Positions 53,116 to 62,036 of a stretch of 64,000 bases of DNA are shown here, piece by piece. The position numbers were made by a program, and so were the translations under genes. The DNA is from an uncultured Bdellovibrionales bacterium (GTDB lineage: Bacteria; Patescibacteriota; Minisyncoccia; Moranbacterales; UBA1568). The DNA lies in the NCBI GenBank assembly GCA_964436855.1, contig CAYTED010000001.1, positions 64,129 through 128,128 on the forward strand, in the 5' to 3' direction. A model generated the notes under the pieces. That model searched no databases, had not been told where the DNA came from, and saw only the letters and a list, made by a program, of their open reading frames with translations. Within the stretch, counting starts at the first letter, position 1. Each line of letters opens with the position of its first letter.

Positions 53116-54042
53116 TTACAACACCCGAATACGCGACAAGCGGCTGCGAAAGAGTTCGAAAACCTTCGGGCCGCGTGGCCTCGGGAGAAAAACGAGAGCG
53201 TTTTCACTTGCCTCAATATATCCGCCCGGAAGCGCCGAGAGCGGATTCTTTGAAATTTTCTTTTTCTGTACTCGTTCGAGACACTGCTCCAGTCGATCAA
53301 AATCAAGCAGGTTTTCCAAAAAACGTCTCACCCGAGATATCATCGGAACATCTCGTACCAAAAAATTCGGCGGCGATTCGGACAGCGAGAACTGCGGCTC
53401 GTAGCGGACGATCCATCGATTGGCAATCTCGAATTTCCGATACGTCTCCCATCCAAAAAACGGAAGAAGAAATCGATACTCGTGCGCCGAGTACACATCC
53501 TTCAAACCGATCTCGAGCGAATCATCGGTAATCCAATAATTGAGACAAGCACGATTTTTCGTCTTCTTACGATGTCGCCTTTTGCCAAAAATATGCAGCA
53601 TCACGGTAACAATCACTCGCCCCGTAAAAATCCGCCCTTTCTTGAGAACGATCAGAAGATCCCAATCACTTGATGCATCGCTTTGCTCCATCGCAAGACT
53701 TCCCGTTACGCCGATCATCCGTACAAACGGAAAAAATCGCATCCAAAAAACAAGGGACCGGACACGTTTCAGTCGCTCAACTGACACCTTTCCATGCGAA
53801 AGCCGAACATCAACCAAACAGTCTCTCCCTTGAAGAAAATAAAAGCCACGATCCGATCCGATCCGATCCTCTTTCACAAGCATTTGTAGCGTTTCGCGAA
53901 CCGACCCGATCGTTACCTCCTGTGTGGAAATATCCGCCTCAAGCGAAAGAAAGTGCTTCCATACCTCAAAGGCCGTGAGTGGGTAGTTCATCACATCATA
54001 ATATGCAAGTGTCGCGACGATATTTTTGACGAGAGAAATCAT
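53116..54042 (-). CDS. Nucleotidyltransferase-fold (Pol-beta-like) domain protein, function unknown
   Basis: GVTGSLAMEQSDASSDWDLLIV matches the minimal NTase G[SG]-x(9-13)-D-x-[DE] motif; the start is uncertain (alternative M at 54117). Confidence 0.5.
   Translation of the reverse strand: MISLVKNIVATLAYYDVMNYPLTAFEVWKHFLSLEADISTQEVTIGSVRETLQMLVKEDRIGSDRGFYFLQGRDCLVDVRLSHGKVSVERLKRVRSLVFWMRFFPFVRMIGVTGSLAMEQSDASSDWDLLIVLKKGRIFTGRVIVTVMLHIFGKRRHRKKTKNRACLNYWITDDSLEIGLKDVYSAHEYRFLLPFFGWETYRKFEIANRWIVRYEPQFSLSESPPNFLVRDVPMISRVRRFLENLLDFDRLEQCLERVQKKKISKNPLSALPGGYIEASENALVFLPRPRGPKVFELFRSRLSRIRVL
53850..53869. repeat. (GATCC)x4 pentanucleotide tandem repeat inside the NTase-domain CDS
   Basis: cgatccgatccgatccgatcc seen directly; unit length is not a multiple of 3; encodes DRIGSDRG. 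Confidence 0.7.
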
Positions 54043-54133
54043 ATTCAAAGATGAATAAAGAATGAGGATTTTGATCGCATATTTCGCTTCGCGAAATATT
54101 CTTGATTCATGATTCAAAATTCTTGATTCTTCT

Positions 54134-56920
54134 TCACAAATATTTTCCGGTCACGCTCTTCTTACATCCCTTTAATTTTTCCGGAACGCCCTCAAAAACG
54201 ATCTCTCCGCCCTCCGCGCCGGATTCCGGTCCAAGTTCGATTACCCAATCAGAATGCCGAACGATGTCGAGATTATGTTCCACCACAAGCACGCTGTTTC
54301 CCTTGTCGACAAGCGCATCAAGCACTTCGAGTAACCGACGAACATCTTCGAAATGAAGCCCGATCGTCGGCTCATCGAGAATATAGAGTGTTTTTCCGGT
54401 CGATTTTCGGGCGAGTTCGGTCGCAAGCTTGATGCGTTGTGCCTCACCTCCGGAAAGATTCGGCGCACTCTGCCCCAAGACAAGATACCCAAGCCCCACC
54501 TCCTCAAGCACGCGCAGTTTTTCCTCAATCATCGGCTGATCCAAGAAAAATCGTCGAGCCTCCGAAACAGTCAGGTCAAGGACCTGCGCAATATTCATTC
54601 CCCGATATTCAAAAGAAAGCGTTTTCGCGTTATATCGCGTTCCATGACACACTTCGCATGGCGCGTAGAGATCCGGCAAAAGATACATTTCGATTTTTTT
54701 CTGTCCACCGCCCTGACACGCCTCGCAACGACCCCCCTTCATATTGAAACTGAAATAGCTCGCCGACAAACGTTCTTTTTCCGCTTCCGGAATTTTTGAA
54801 AAAATATCACGAACCAAACTGAAGACTCCGGTGTACGTCGCCGCATTCGAACGTGGCGTTCGTCCAATAGGGTCCTGATTCATCGAGATCACCTTATCAA
54901 TATTCGAGAGACCCGTAATTCGTTTATGCTTTCCCGGCTCGGCTTTCGCTTGATAAAAATGCCTTGAGAGCGTTTTCGCAAGAATATCCCGAACAAGCGA
55001 CGACTTCCCCGATCCCGACGGTCCGATAATCGAGATGAATTTTCCAAGCGGAAGCGAAACATTGATATTTTTCAGATTATGTTCCGAAGCCCCTTCGATC
55101 ACGATTTCCTTTCCGCTTCCCTTTCGCACCCTTCCCTTATTCGATACCTTTGCTTTTCCGGAAAGATATTCCGCGGTGAGTGTTTTTGATTTCAGGAGTT
55201 TCGACGGTTCGCCGGAAAAAATAATTTCCCCTCCTTCTTTTCCGGCACCCGGTCCGAGATCGATAATAAAGTCCGCCCGTTTCATCATCGACATATCATG
55301 CTCGACAACAATAAGTGAATTGTCCATTTCGCGAAGCTCCTCGAGCGCGCGGATAAGTCGTTCGGTGTCGCGACTGTGAAGCCCCACAGACGGTTCGTCG
55401 AGCACATAGAGAATCCCGGATAATCCGGATTTCATCTGAACCGAAAGTCGGATTCGCTGCGCCTCGCCGCCAGAAAGCGTATCCGCGCCACGATCAAGCT
55501 CGAGATACCCGAGTCCCACTTTTTCAATCGCCTCAAGTCGAACAATCATCTCGCGAACAAGCGCCTCCACAAGCGTTTTCTCCGCATCGATATTTTTCGC
55601 GACACGCTCAAGCAATACCCGGAACGAAGACACGGGAAGCGATGTCATCGTATCAATTCCTTGTTCCGCGACTCGAACCGAAAGCGCCCGACGATTGAGT
55701 CGCCGCCCCGAACATTCCGGACATGTTTCCGAATGCATATATTCCTCAATTTCCGCACGCAAGTGATCGGATTTTGTTTCGCGATATTTCCGATCAAGAA
55801 GCGCGATCACGCCCGGAAATTCATCATCTCCAGCCCCTTCACCGAAAAGAATGATTTTACTCTGTTTCGCGGTGAGTTTTTTTACCGGAACCGACACTGA
55901 AAATTTATTCCGCTTCGCGCACTCAACGAGCCCATGAAGCGCCCCGCCACCCGTCCGATGATCCCCATTCATTTTACTCCACGGACGAATCGCGCCCTCA
56001 AGAAGAGAAAGATTTTTGTTCGGAAGAATAAGCTCCGGATCAAACGTAAGCGTCACACCCAAACCCGAGCACTTCGCGCACGCGCCATCCGGATTGTTGA
56101 ACGAGAACCAACTCGGGTGGAGATCGGAAAACTCCACACCGCATTCCTCGCATCGGTACTCGGAATGATACACGCGCTCCTCCTGCCCGTTCAGTGAAAT
56201 TTTCATCGTTCCCTTCCCGACGTGAAACGCCGTCGCGAGCGAATCAAGAATCCGCTCTCGGTCCGGCCGCGCCGTATCAAGCGTCATCCGGTCAAGAACC
56301 GCCTCAAGCGTATCCGCGTATTCGTCCGAAAGATGCGTCACCGCTTCCGCTACAGACTCGATATGCTCCCCCGATCGAACCCGCGCATACCCCCACTCGG
56401 CGACAAGTGTCGAAATCTCCGCGACTGATTTCCCAGAAAAAATCGGACTGCGTGCGGAAAACACCACGACCGATCCGTTTTCAAATTGTAAAATCTCATC
56501 AAGGATTTCCCGAAGCGACTGCTTCGAAAGCGCCTTCCCACATTCCGTACAGTGCGGTACTCCGACCTTTGCAAAGAGAACTCGCAGGAAATCATACACT
56601 TCCGTCATCGTCCCCACCGTCGATCGCGGAGACCGCGAGACACTCTTCTGATCAATAGAAATCGCCGGCGACAAATTCCGAATCGTATCCACATCCGGTT
56701 TGTCCATCGCATCGAGAAAATTCCGCGCATACGAAGAAAGCGACTCGACATACCGCCGATTCGCCTCCGCATATACCACATCAAAAGCAAGTGAGGATTT
56801 CCCCGATCCCGAAAGCCCTGTCACCACGACGAGTGAATTTCGCGGAATATCAACATCAATATTTTTCAGGTTATTCACCCGAGCGCCCCGTACCTCGATC
56901 ATCGACCGTTTTCCTGCCAT
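54134..56920 (-). CDS. uvrA: Excinuclease ABC subunit A
   Basis: [27 protein letters not shown]...[13 protein letters not shown], two ABC ATPase modules, zinc fingers; 928 aa. Confidence 0.95.
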   Translation of the reverse strand: MAGKRSMIEVRGARVNNLKNIDVDIPRNSLVVVTGLSGSGKSSLAFDVVYAEANRRYVESLSSYARNFLDAMDKPDVDTIRNLSPAISIDQKSVSRSPRSTVGTMTEVYDFLRVLFAKVGVPHCTECGKALSKQSLREILDEILQFENGSVVVFSARSPIFSGKSVAEISTLVAEWGYARVRSGEHIESVAEAVTHLSDEYADTLEAVLDRMTLDTARPDRERILDSLATAFHVGKGTMKISLNGQEERVYHSEYRCEECGVEFSDLHPSWFSFNNPDGACAKCSGLGVTLTFDPELILPNKNLSLLEGAIRPWSKMNGDHRTGGGALHGLVECAKRNKFSVSVPVKKLTAKQSKIILFGEGAGDDEFPGVIALLDRKYRETKSDHLRAEIEEYMHSETCPECSGRRLNRRALSVRVAEQGIDTMTSLPVSSFRVLLERVAKNIDAEKTLVEALVREMIVRLEAIEKVGLGYLELDRGADTLSGGEAQRIRLSVQMKSGLSGILYVLDEPSVGLHSRDTERLIRALEELREMDNSLIVVEHDMSMMKRADFIIDLGPGAGKEGGEIIFSGEPSKLLKSKTLTAEYLSGKAKVSNKGRVRKGSGKEIVIEGASEHNLKNINVSLPLGKFISIIGPSGSGKSSLVRDILAKTLSRHFYQAKAEPGKHKRITGLSNIDKVISMNQDPIGRTPRSNAATYTGVFSLVRDIFSKIPEAEKERLSASYFSFNMKGGRCEACQGGGQKKIEMYLLPDLYAPCEVCHGTRYNAKTLSFEYRGMNIAQVLDLTVSEARRFFLDQPMIEEKLRVLEEVGLGYLVLGQSAPNLSGGEAQRIKLATELARKSTGKTLYILDEPTIGLHFEDVRRLLEVLDALVDKGNSVLVVEHNLDIVRHSDWVIELGPESGAEGGEIVFEGVPEKLKGCKKSVTGKYL

Positions 56921-57269
56921 ACCACTTTTGTATTCGAAAAAAGAAAAGGAGAGAAATTGATCCCTCCCACTGTATCACCGTTCCGATCGTGAATCAAGAG
57001 CGCGTACAACACAAGGCGCAGCTATCTATGGCAATCGAATATCACTATCCGAGTTTGGAACAAAAGGAACCTCTTGATATCCACCTCCACTTTCTCCCTG
57101 CTCCTCATCTGTAATCCTTTGAATTTCAGCATCCCGAACAACCGGATGTACTTCCGGTTTTTTGTCGGCATTCGGATCCACCGGCACAACCTCTTCTATT
57201 GGTATATCTTCCGGAATGCCCGTTTGACGATCAGACATCATTTCATGATTCATAATTTTTCTCTTATCT

Positions 57270-58223
57270 CTACACCTTATAGTATTCTCGATACCAATCA
57301 ACGAAATTCTTGATACCCTGTTCGATACGGGTTGTTGGCTTCCATCCAAGCTTACGAAGTTTTCTGATATCGGCAACCGTACTCGGCACATCTCCCGGCT
57401 GGATCGGCAAGAGATTCTTTTTCGCTTTCTTTCCGCAACATTTCTCGATCACTTCAATATACCGCATCAGTGTCTCTTCTTTATCGCCACCGATATTCAT
57501 CACGCCGTAGGGAAGATCGGCATCAAGCGTCGTGAGTGTACCGGAAACAATATCATCGATATACGTAAAATTGCGCGACATTTTTCCACGATTGTAGACA
57601 TCGATCGGTTTATCGGCGAGCGTGTTACTCACAAATTTATAGAGCGCCATATCCGGCCTACCCCACGGACCATACACCGTAAAAAACCGCAGTCCCGTCG
57701 TCGGCATGCCGGAAAGATGACTGAATGTATGCGCAAGAAGTTCAGTTGCCTTTTTTGTTGCCGCATACGGCGACATCGGCGTGTCCACACTGTCGGTTTC
57801 CGAAAATGGCGGTTTATTCATTCCATAGATCGAGGACGACGAAGCATAGACGAAATTCTTCATCTTATACTTCACCGCGAGATCAAGAAGATTCGTCGTT
57901 CCCATCACATTTACATCAGCATACAGCATCGGATCAAGAATCGAATTCCGAACTCCCGCCATTGCCGCGAGATGAACCACCTTTTCCGGCTTATCATTCT
58001 TAAACACTCGCTCCATGAATTTCCGATCGCGGATATCTCCCTTCCGCAACACAAACTTCCCCTTATAATCCTTCAAAAACTTCGAAATACGATCCTTCTT
58101 GAGCTTTGGATCATAGTAAGCATTAAAATTATCCACGAGAATCGGCGTATCTCCTCGTTCCATCAACGCCTTCGCACACGCCGAACCTATAAAACCAGCA
58201 CCTCCTGTAATTAACACTCGCAT
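57270..58223 (-). CDS. NAD-dependent nucleotide-sugar epimerase (UDP-glucuronate/UDP-glucose 4-epimerase-like)
   Basis: MRVLITGGAGFIGSA, YAASK catalytic motif and the YGPWGRPDMA region of WbpP/Cap1J-like epimerases. Confidence 0.85.
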   Translation of the reverse strand: MRVLITGGAGFIGSACAKALMERGDTPILVDNFNAYYDPKLKKDRISKFLKDYKGKFVLRKGDIRDRKFMERVFKNDKPEKVVHLAAMAGVRNSILDPMLYADVNVMGTTNLLDLAVKYKMKNFVYASSSSIYGMNKPPFSETDSVDTPMSPYAATKKATELLAHTFSHLSGMPTTGLRFFTVYGPWGRPDMALYKFVSNTLADKPIDVYNRGKMSRNFTYIDDIVSGTLTTLDADLPYGVMNIGGDKEETLMRYIEVIEKCCGKKAKKNLLPIQPGDVPSTVADIRKLRKLGWKPTTRIEQGIKNFVDWYREYYKV

Positions 58224-58262
58224 ATCATTGAAGATTAAGTCTGATTAACGCGCTCCCGACCC

Positions 58263-58331
58263 GCCTGCAACGCTATGCCAGCCCGCATCGCTACGCGAAG
58301 CGTTACTGGCGGGCGTAGCATTGCGGGCAGG
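58263..58331. repeat. GC-rich imperfect palindrome / structured element in an intergenic region
   Basis: CCAGCCCGCATCGCTACGC ... GCGTAGCATTGCGGGCAGG (16 of 19 complementary) around a 16-nt loop; GC-rich in otherwise AT-moderate DNA; no trailing T-run. Confidence 0.5.
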
Positions 58332-58402
58332 TAAATTCCGCGACACCCGTAATCAACACTTTCATAAAATATTTTCTTAACACATTTATGTACGAAGATA
58401 CT

Positions 58403-59536
58403 TCATTGAATACTCTCATCCATCCCTCCTACGTCGATTTCATCCGCCTCAACTCCCTCAATTTCACTGGCTTCCTCCTGTGCCATAAATTCCCGGGAAA
58501 ACTTCTGGATCAGATCAAACTCGTTTTCTCCGAGCGTCCGATCCACCAAGAGTCGCGTTTCCCGCATTCCATGGTGAAAAAAATACAACTCCGCATGTCG
58601 ACGCTTCGAGAGATACTTTGCCTCAATCGTCGCAAAGGCACCAAGCGCGGCTTCGTTTACCATGGTATCTACCACAAAATAGTGAATTCCATTCCGTTCC
58701 TCATAGTAACTCGTCGGATTGTGCCCAGAAATAACCGCCACGACATTTCCAGCACTTTCAAGAACCTTTCTGACCTGCGGGGCATTCTCGATATTTTTAA
58801 TATACGTCCTCCCTGTTGTGCTCGGAACTGGGAGCGGGGAGTGATGTGAGAAAACCAATACCGGTCGATCCGTCTTCAGTGCCTCCGAAAGCCATGCCAA
58901 CTCCTCTTTGTTTACATACCCGGTTACGTATGATTTCATGGTTCGATGTATATCCGTCTTCGGATCATAATTCGTATCCATCACAATCAACCGCCAATCA
59001 CCAATATCTTGATATATATGTGTCTCGGAAAGCCCAAGCACCTCTTTCACCTCCTCAATGGAAAGCGACCGAACATCATGGTTTCCGACCGCATACAATC
59101 GCGGCGCTTCAAGCTTCTTGAAAATATTATTCACCAGCTCAAGTTGTCGCCGAGCGGTCAGCAGCTTCACGCCGGAAGATTCGACATAATCCCCGCCGCC
59201 GATTACGATATCCGGATAAAATACGGTATTCATATAAGCTACCGCCTTTTCAAGCTCAAGCGGCGCCTGATTTGTTAGTTTATGCTTCAGACGCTTACGT
59301 GTTCCATATTCCCAATCCGTTACGAACCCGATTTTCAGAAGCGAGGGCTCTTCCTGAAGCATTTCTTCAAGCTCTTGCTCCCGGTCCGCTTCGAATCGAT
59401 CCTCTTGCCAGTCATCCCAATAATTGAACAATCCGAAACCGAGCCCGGTAAGTGCCGCTCCAAGAGCAAGAAACACAAGCCACATCGGACTGTGCCGCCT
59501 TAATTGAGACAATTTTTTTTTCATCATTTCAACCAT
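58403..59536 (-). CDS. Membrane-anchored metallophosphoesterase (calcineurin-like)
   Basis: N-terminal TM, then GDxxD/GNHD metallophosphatase motifs (VIGGGDYV...AVGNHD...GHNP). Confidence 0.7.
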   Translation of the reverse strand: MVEMMKKKLSQLRRHSPMWLVFLALGAALTGLGFGLFNYWDDWQEDRFEADREQELEEMLQEEPSLLKIGFVTDWEYGTRKRLKHKLTNQAPLELEKAVAYMNTVFYPDIVIGGGDYVESSGVKLLTARRQLELVNNIFKKLEAPRLYAVGNHDVRSLSIEEVKEVLGLSETHIYQDIGDWRLIVMDTNYDPKTDIHRTMKSYVTGYVNKEELAWLSEALKTDRPVLVFSHHSPLPVPSTTGRTYIKNIENAPQVRKVLESAGNVVAVISGHNPTSYYEERNGIHYFVVDTMVNEAALGAFATIEAKYLSKRRHAELYFFHHGMRETRLLVDRTLGENEFDLIQKFSREFMAQEEASEIEGVEADEIDVGGMDESIQ

Positions 59537-59543
59537 AGCATGA

Positions 59544-60734
59544 TTATTTCACTTTCTCCACATTGATCCGCGCTCGCAAAAAATCGTAATACTCGCGATT
59601 ATCTCTCACTGTTGTGACATATTTCTCAAGCACCTTCTTCCGCGCCGCCTCCCCTATACTCTTTCGCAGTTCTTCATTTTCAATCAAACGCGACAACTTC
59701 TCAAACCATTCCTCCTCATTCGATGCCACAAATCCATCCACGCCATCTACAATCGCCTCGCGAAACGTTTGCGTCGCCGCGGCGACCGTTGGCACTCCTA
59801 CAATTCCCGCCTCAAACCACTTGAGCTCCGACTTCGATTCGCAGAACGGGTCGCCGATCACCAGCGGCGCCAAATTGATATCAGTCGATGCAATATTTTC
59901 AAAATGTTTCTTCCGATCAGCAAAAGGCAATCGCTCAATCCGATCCGAAAATTCGGCAAACCGATCCGGCAATACGAGCGGCCCCGCAATCACCAATTTC
60001 ACATTCGGATATTTTCCAAGAACACGAAAGAGTGCCTCGCTTATCGTTTCAAAGTCCTTATTATGTGTCGCCGTTCCGCTGAAGTATCCGATGCGGAGAG
60101 AGTCTGGAATTTGGAATTTGGAATTTGGAATAATTTCTCCAATCCACTTCAGATCTTCTTTCGAAAGCTTATTCCGAACGACAAATACTTTCTTCCCCTT
60201 CCCGCGCAACCGATCGGCGAGATATGATGTTGTCGTTGTGCAGACTTTTACAGCGGGATCATTCACAATCTCGCCACCGACACCATGCTCGTACAGTTTC
60301 TTCTCGAGCGCGTTCATTTTTTTATAAAAATCCGTCTGTGTCACAAACGTCGGTTCATAGACAAGGTCATCCGTTTCGAAAATCAGAGTTTTTCCTAACG
60401 CTTTTGCGCGATCAAAAAGCGTCTTCACTTTTCCGATGTAGAGCGTCCGATGAAATACAAAGACGGAAAATTTCTCCGCATACCGCGGAAGGAACGGATT
60501 GTACTGTGTTGTTACCGCGACACGAAATCCGCGCTCCCGCAATTCCTCCGCCACGTGTTTGCCCCGGTATCGCGCACTATCTCCCACGCCACTCGAAATA
60601 ATAAGAATATCCCCCGAAAGCATCCTCGGTAAAAGATTGAGTCCGGCAAAAAAAATACGCCCCATTCCACGCCACGCTCCGTCTCGCCGAAGCGTACTCC
60701 ACGCCTTTCCGATATTGATTAAAAAAAGTTTCAT
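59544..60734 (-). CDS. Glycosyltransferase family 4
   Basis: C-terminal GIVGVPTVAAATQTFREAI...GFVA GT4 region; start set at MKLFLIN (ATGA overlap with the upstream GT4). Confidence 0.75.
   Translation of the reverse strand: MKLFLINIGKAWSTLRRDGAWRGMGRIFFAGLNLLPRMLSGDILIISSGVGDSARYRGKHVAEELRERGFRVAVTTQYNPFLPRYAEKFSVFVFHRTLYIGKVKTLFDRAKALGKTLIFETDDLVYEPTFVTQTDFYKKMNALEKKLYEHGVGGEIVNDPAVKVCTTTTSYLADRLRGKGKKVFVVRNKLSKEDLKWIGEIIPNSKFQIPDSLRIGYFSGTATHNKDFETISEALFRVLGKYPNVKLVIAGPLVLPDRFAEFSDRIERLPFADRKKHFENIASTDINLAPLVIGDPFCESKSELKWFEAGIVGVPTVAAATQTFREAIVDGVDGFVASNEEEWFEKLSRLIENEELRKSIGEAARKKVLEKYVTTVRDNREYYDFLRARINVEKVK
60105..60130. repeat. (GGAATTT)x3.7 heptanucleotide tandem repeat inside the GT4 CDS
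   Basis: ggaatttggaatttggaatttggaat seen directly; encodes IPNSKFQIP on the minus strand. Confidence 0.7.
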
Positions 60735-61927
60735 AGATTTTTCCGTATCGTTTCTTCCAATTTCTCCGCCGGGAGATCCCAACTGAACGCCTCCGCGCGT
60801 GACCGATTGATCTTCCCTTTTTCCTGTCGAAGCGTTTCGCTTTCAACCAACCGAAGAATCGCCGCCGCAAGCGCTTCCGGAGTTTTCTCGGTCGCGTATT
60901 CGCCACCCCCCTCCAGATAGTTTCGGTTATTCATTGTTTCAAAGCAAGCGACCGGCAATCCCGCGCCCATATACTGAAGCGTTTTTCCGCTCGCTTGTTT
61001 CACCGATTCTTCTTTGGGATCAACTCCGATATCCGAGAATCGCAAAATTTCCGGAAGTGAAAAATACGGGAGTGGTGAAATGACTGTCGCGTGATGCGCA
61101 AATACTTCGCGCTGCAAATAGTTCGAAATTTGATCAACCGGAAACCCGGCGATCACAAAGTGTGCGTTTGGATTTTTCTCACAGACAATCGGTACCGCAT
61201 CGAGTAAAAGACGAATCCCTTTGTTCGGGATAAGCGCGCCGGTATACGTTACGATCACTTTTTCTTTCGGAATATGATACTTCTCACAGAGCGTTTCTTT
61301 TGCGTCAATTCCCTCAAACATCTGCAACCGCACCCCATCAAGAAGCACCTCGCATTTTTTATCTTTTCTCGATTGTGCGATCGTCTCGGCATTCTCCCAC
61401 GAACTCGCAAATACAAGATCGCCCATATTGTTAATCCGCTGCTCGAGAAATCGAAAAATTGATTTCAAAAGTCTGCCGCCAAGGTAGGCGTGCGATACCA
61501 TCTCCTTCACCAAACTCCCGTGAAAATCCGCGACAAGAATAATGTTTCGCCAAAATAACAACTTCTGTACGATCCACCCGATAATCACCCCTTCGTGCAA
61601 GTGCCCGTGAATCACATCCGGCCGTTTCGTGCGTGCCAAAAAATACACTTTTTTGATCAAGAGGAGATCGAGAATGATTTTTTGCCAATCCGGACCCGCC
61701 TCAAGTTTCTTGTACCAAAAAAGCCACCGACGAATCCGCCGCACGTCAATCTTTGACCCCAGCGACTCGGGAAGATCCTTTCCGATATGATAGGTCGCGA
61801 TCGTAACGCTGTGCCCGCGCCGCTCCATCGCAAGCGCTTCTTCGAGAATCCGAATATGTGTCCCGCGATCCGCAAAAAACGGCGTCGGCGCCACCACGAG
61901 TATGTTCAAATATTTCCCTTCTTGCAT
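60731..61927 (-). CDS. Glycosyltransferase family 4
   Basis: N-terminal KYLNILVVAPTPFFADRGTHIRILEE and C-terminal GT4 region. Confidence 0.8.
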   Translation of the reverse strand: MQEGKYLNILVVAPTPFFADRGTHIRILEEALAMERRGHSVTIATYHIGKDLPESLGSKIDVRRIRRWLFWYKKLEAGPDWQKIILDLLLIKKVYFLARTKRPDVIHGHLHEGVIIGWIVQKLLFWRNIILVADFHGSLVKEMVSHAYLGGRLLKSIFRFLEQRINNMGDLVFASSWENAETIAQSRKDKKCEVLLDGVRLQMFEGIDAKETLCEKYHIPKEKVIVTYTGALIPNKGIRLLLDAVPIVCEKNPNAHFVIAGFPVDQISNYLQREVFAHHATVISPLPYFSLPEILRFSDIGVDPKEESVKQASGKTLQYMGAGLPVACFETMNNRNYLEGGGEYATEKTPEALAAAILRLVESETLRQEKGKINRSRAEAFSWDLPAEKLEETIRKNL

Positions 61928-62036
61928 ATCACCAGACTACCGCATTCTTGCGAAAACAAAAAGAAAATCGCCTTTCTTTTCCGGAAAAGCGATTTTTGAC
62001 ACGGTATTTAAATTATATCACATTTTTCATATTTAG

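Noticed and set aside
52557-53531. 324-aa + strand ORF spanning the pilC / NTase gene junction
   Set aside because: It is antisense to two well-supported genes and has a basic, low-complexity composition.
57026-57391. 121-aa minus-strand ORF between the epimerase and uvrA (possible 75-aa acidic protein from M at 57250)
   Set aside because: The long form overlaps the epimerase 3' end. The short form has no recognisable motif or ribosome-binding site. It is left uncalled but could be a genuine small acidic protein.
59614-60327. 237-aa + strand ORF inside the GT4 gene
   Set aside because: It is antisense to a GT4 that has a conserved C-terminal motif, and the ORF is Ser/Phe-rich junk.
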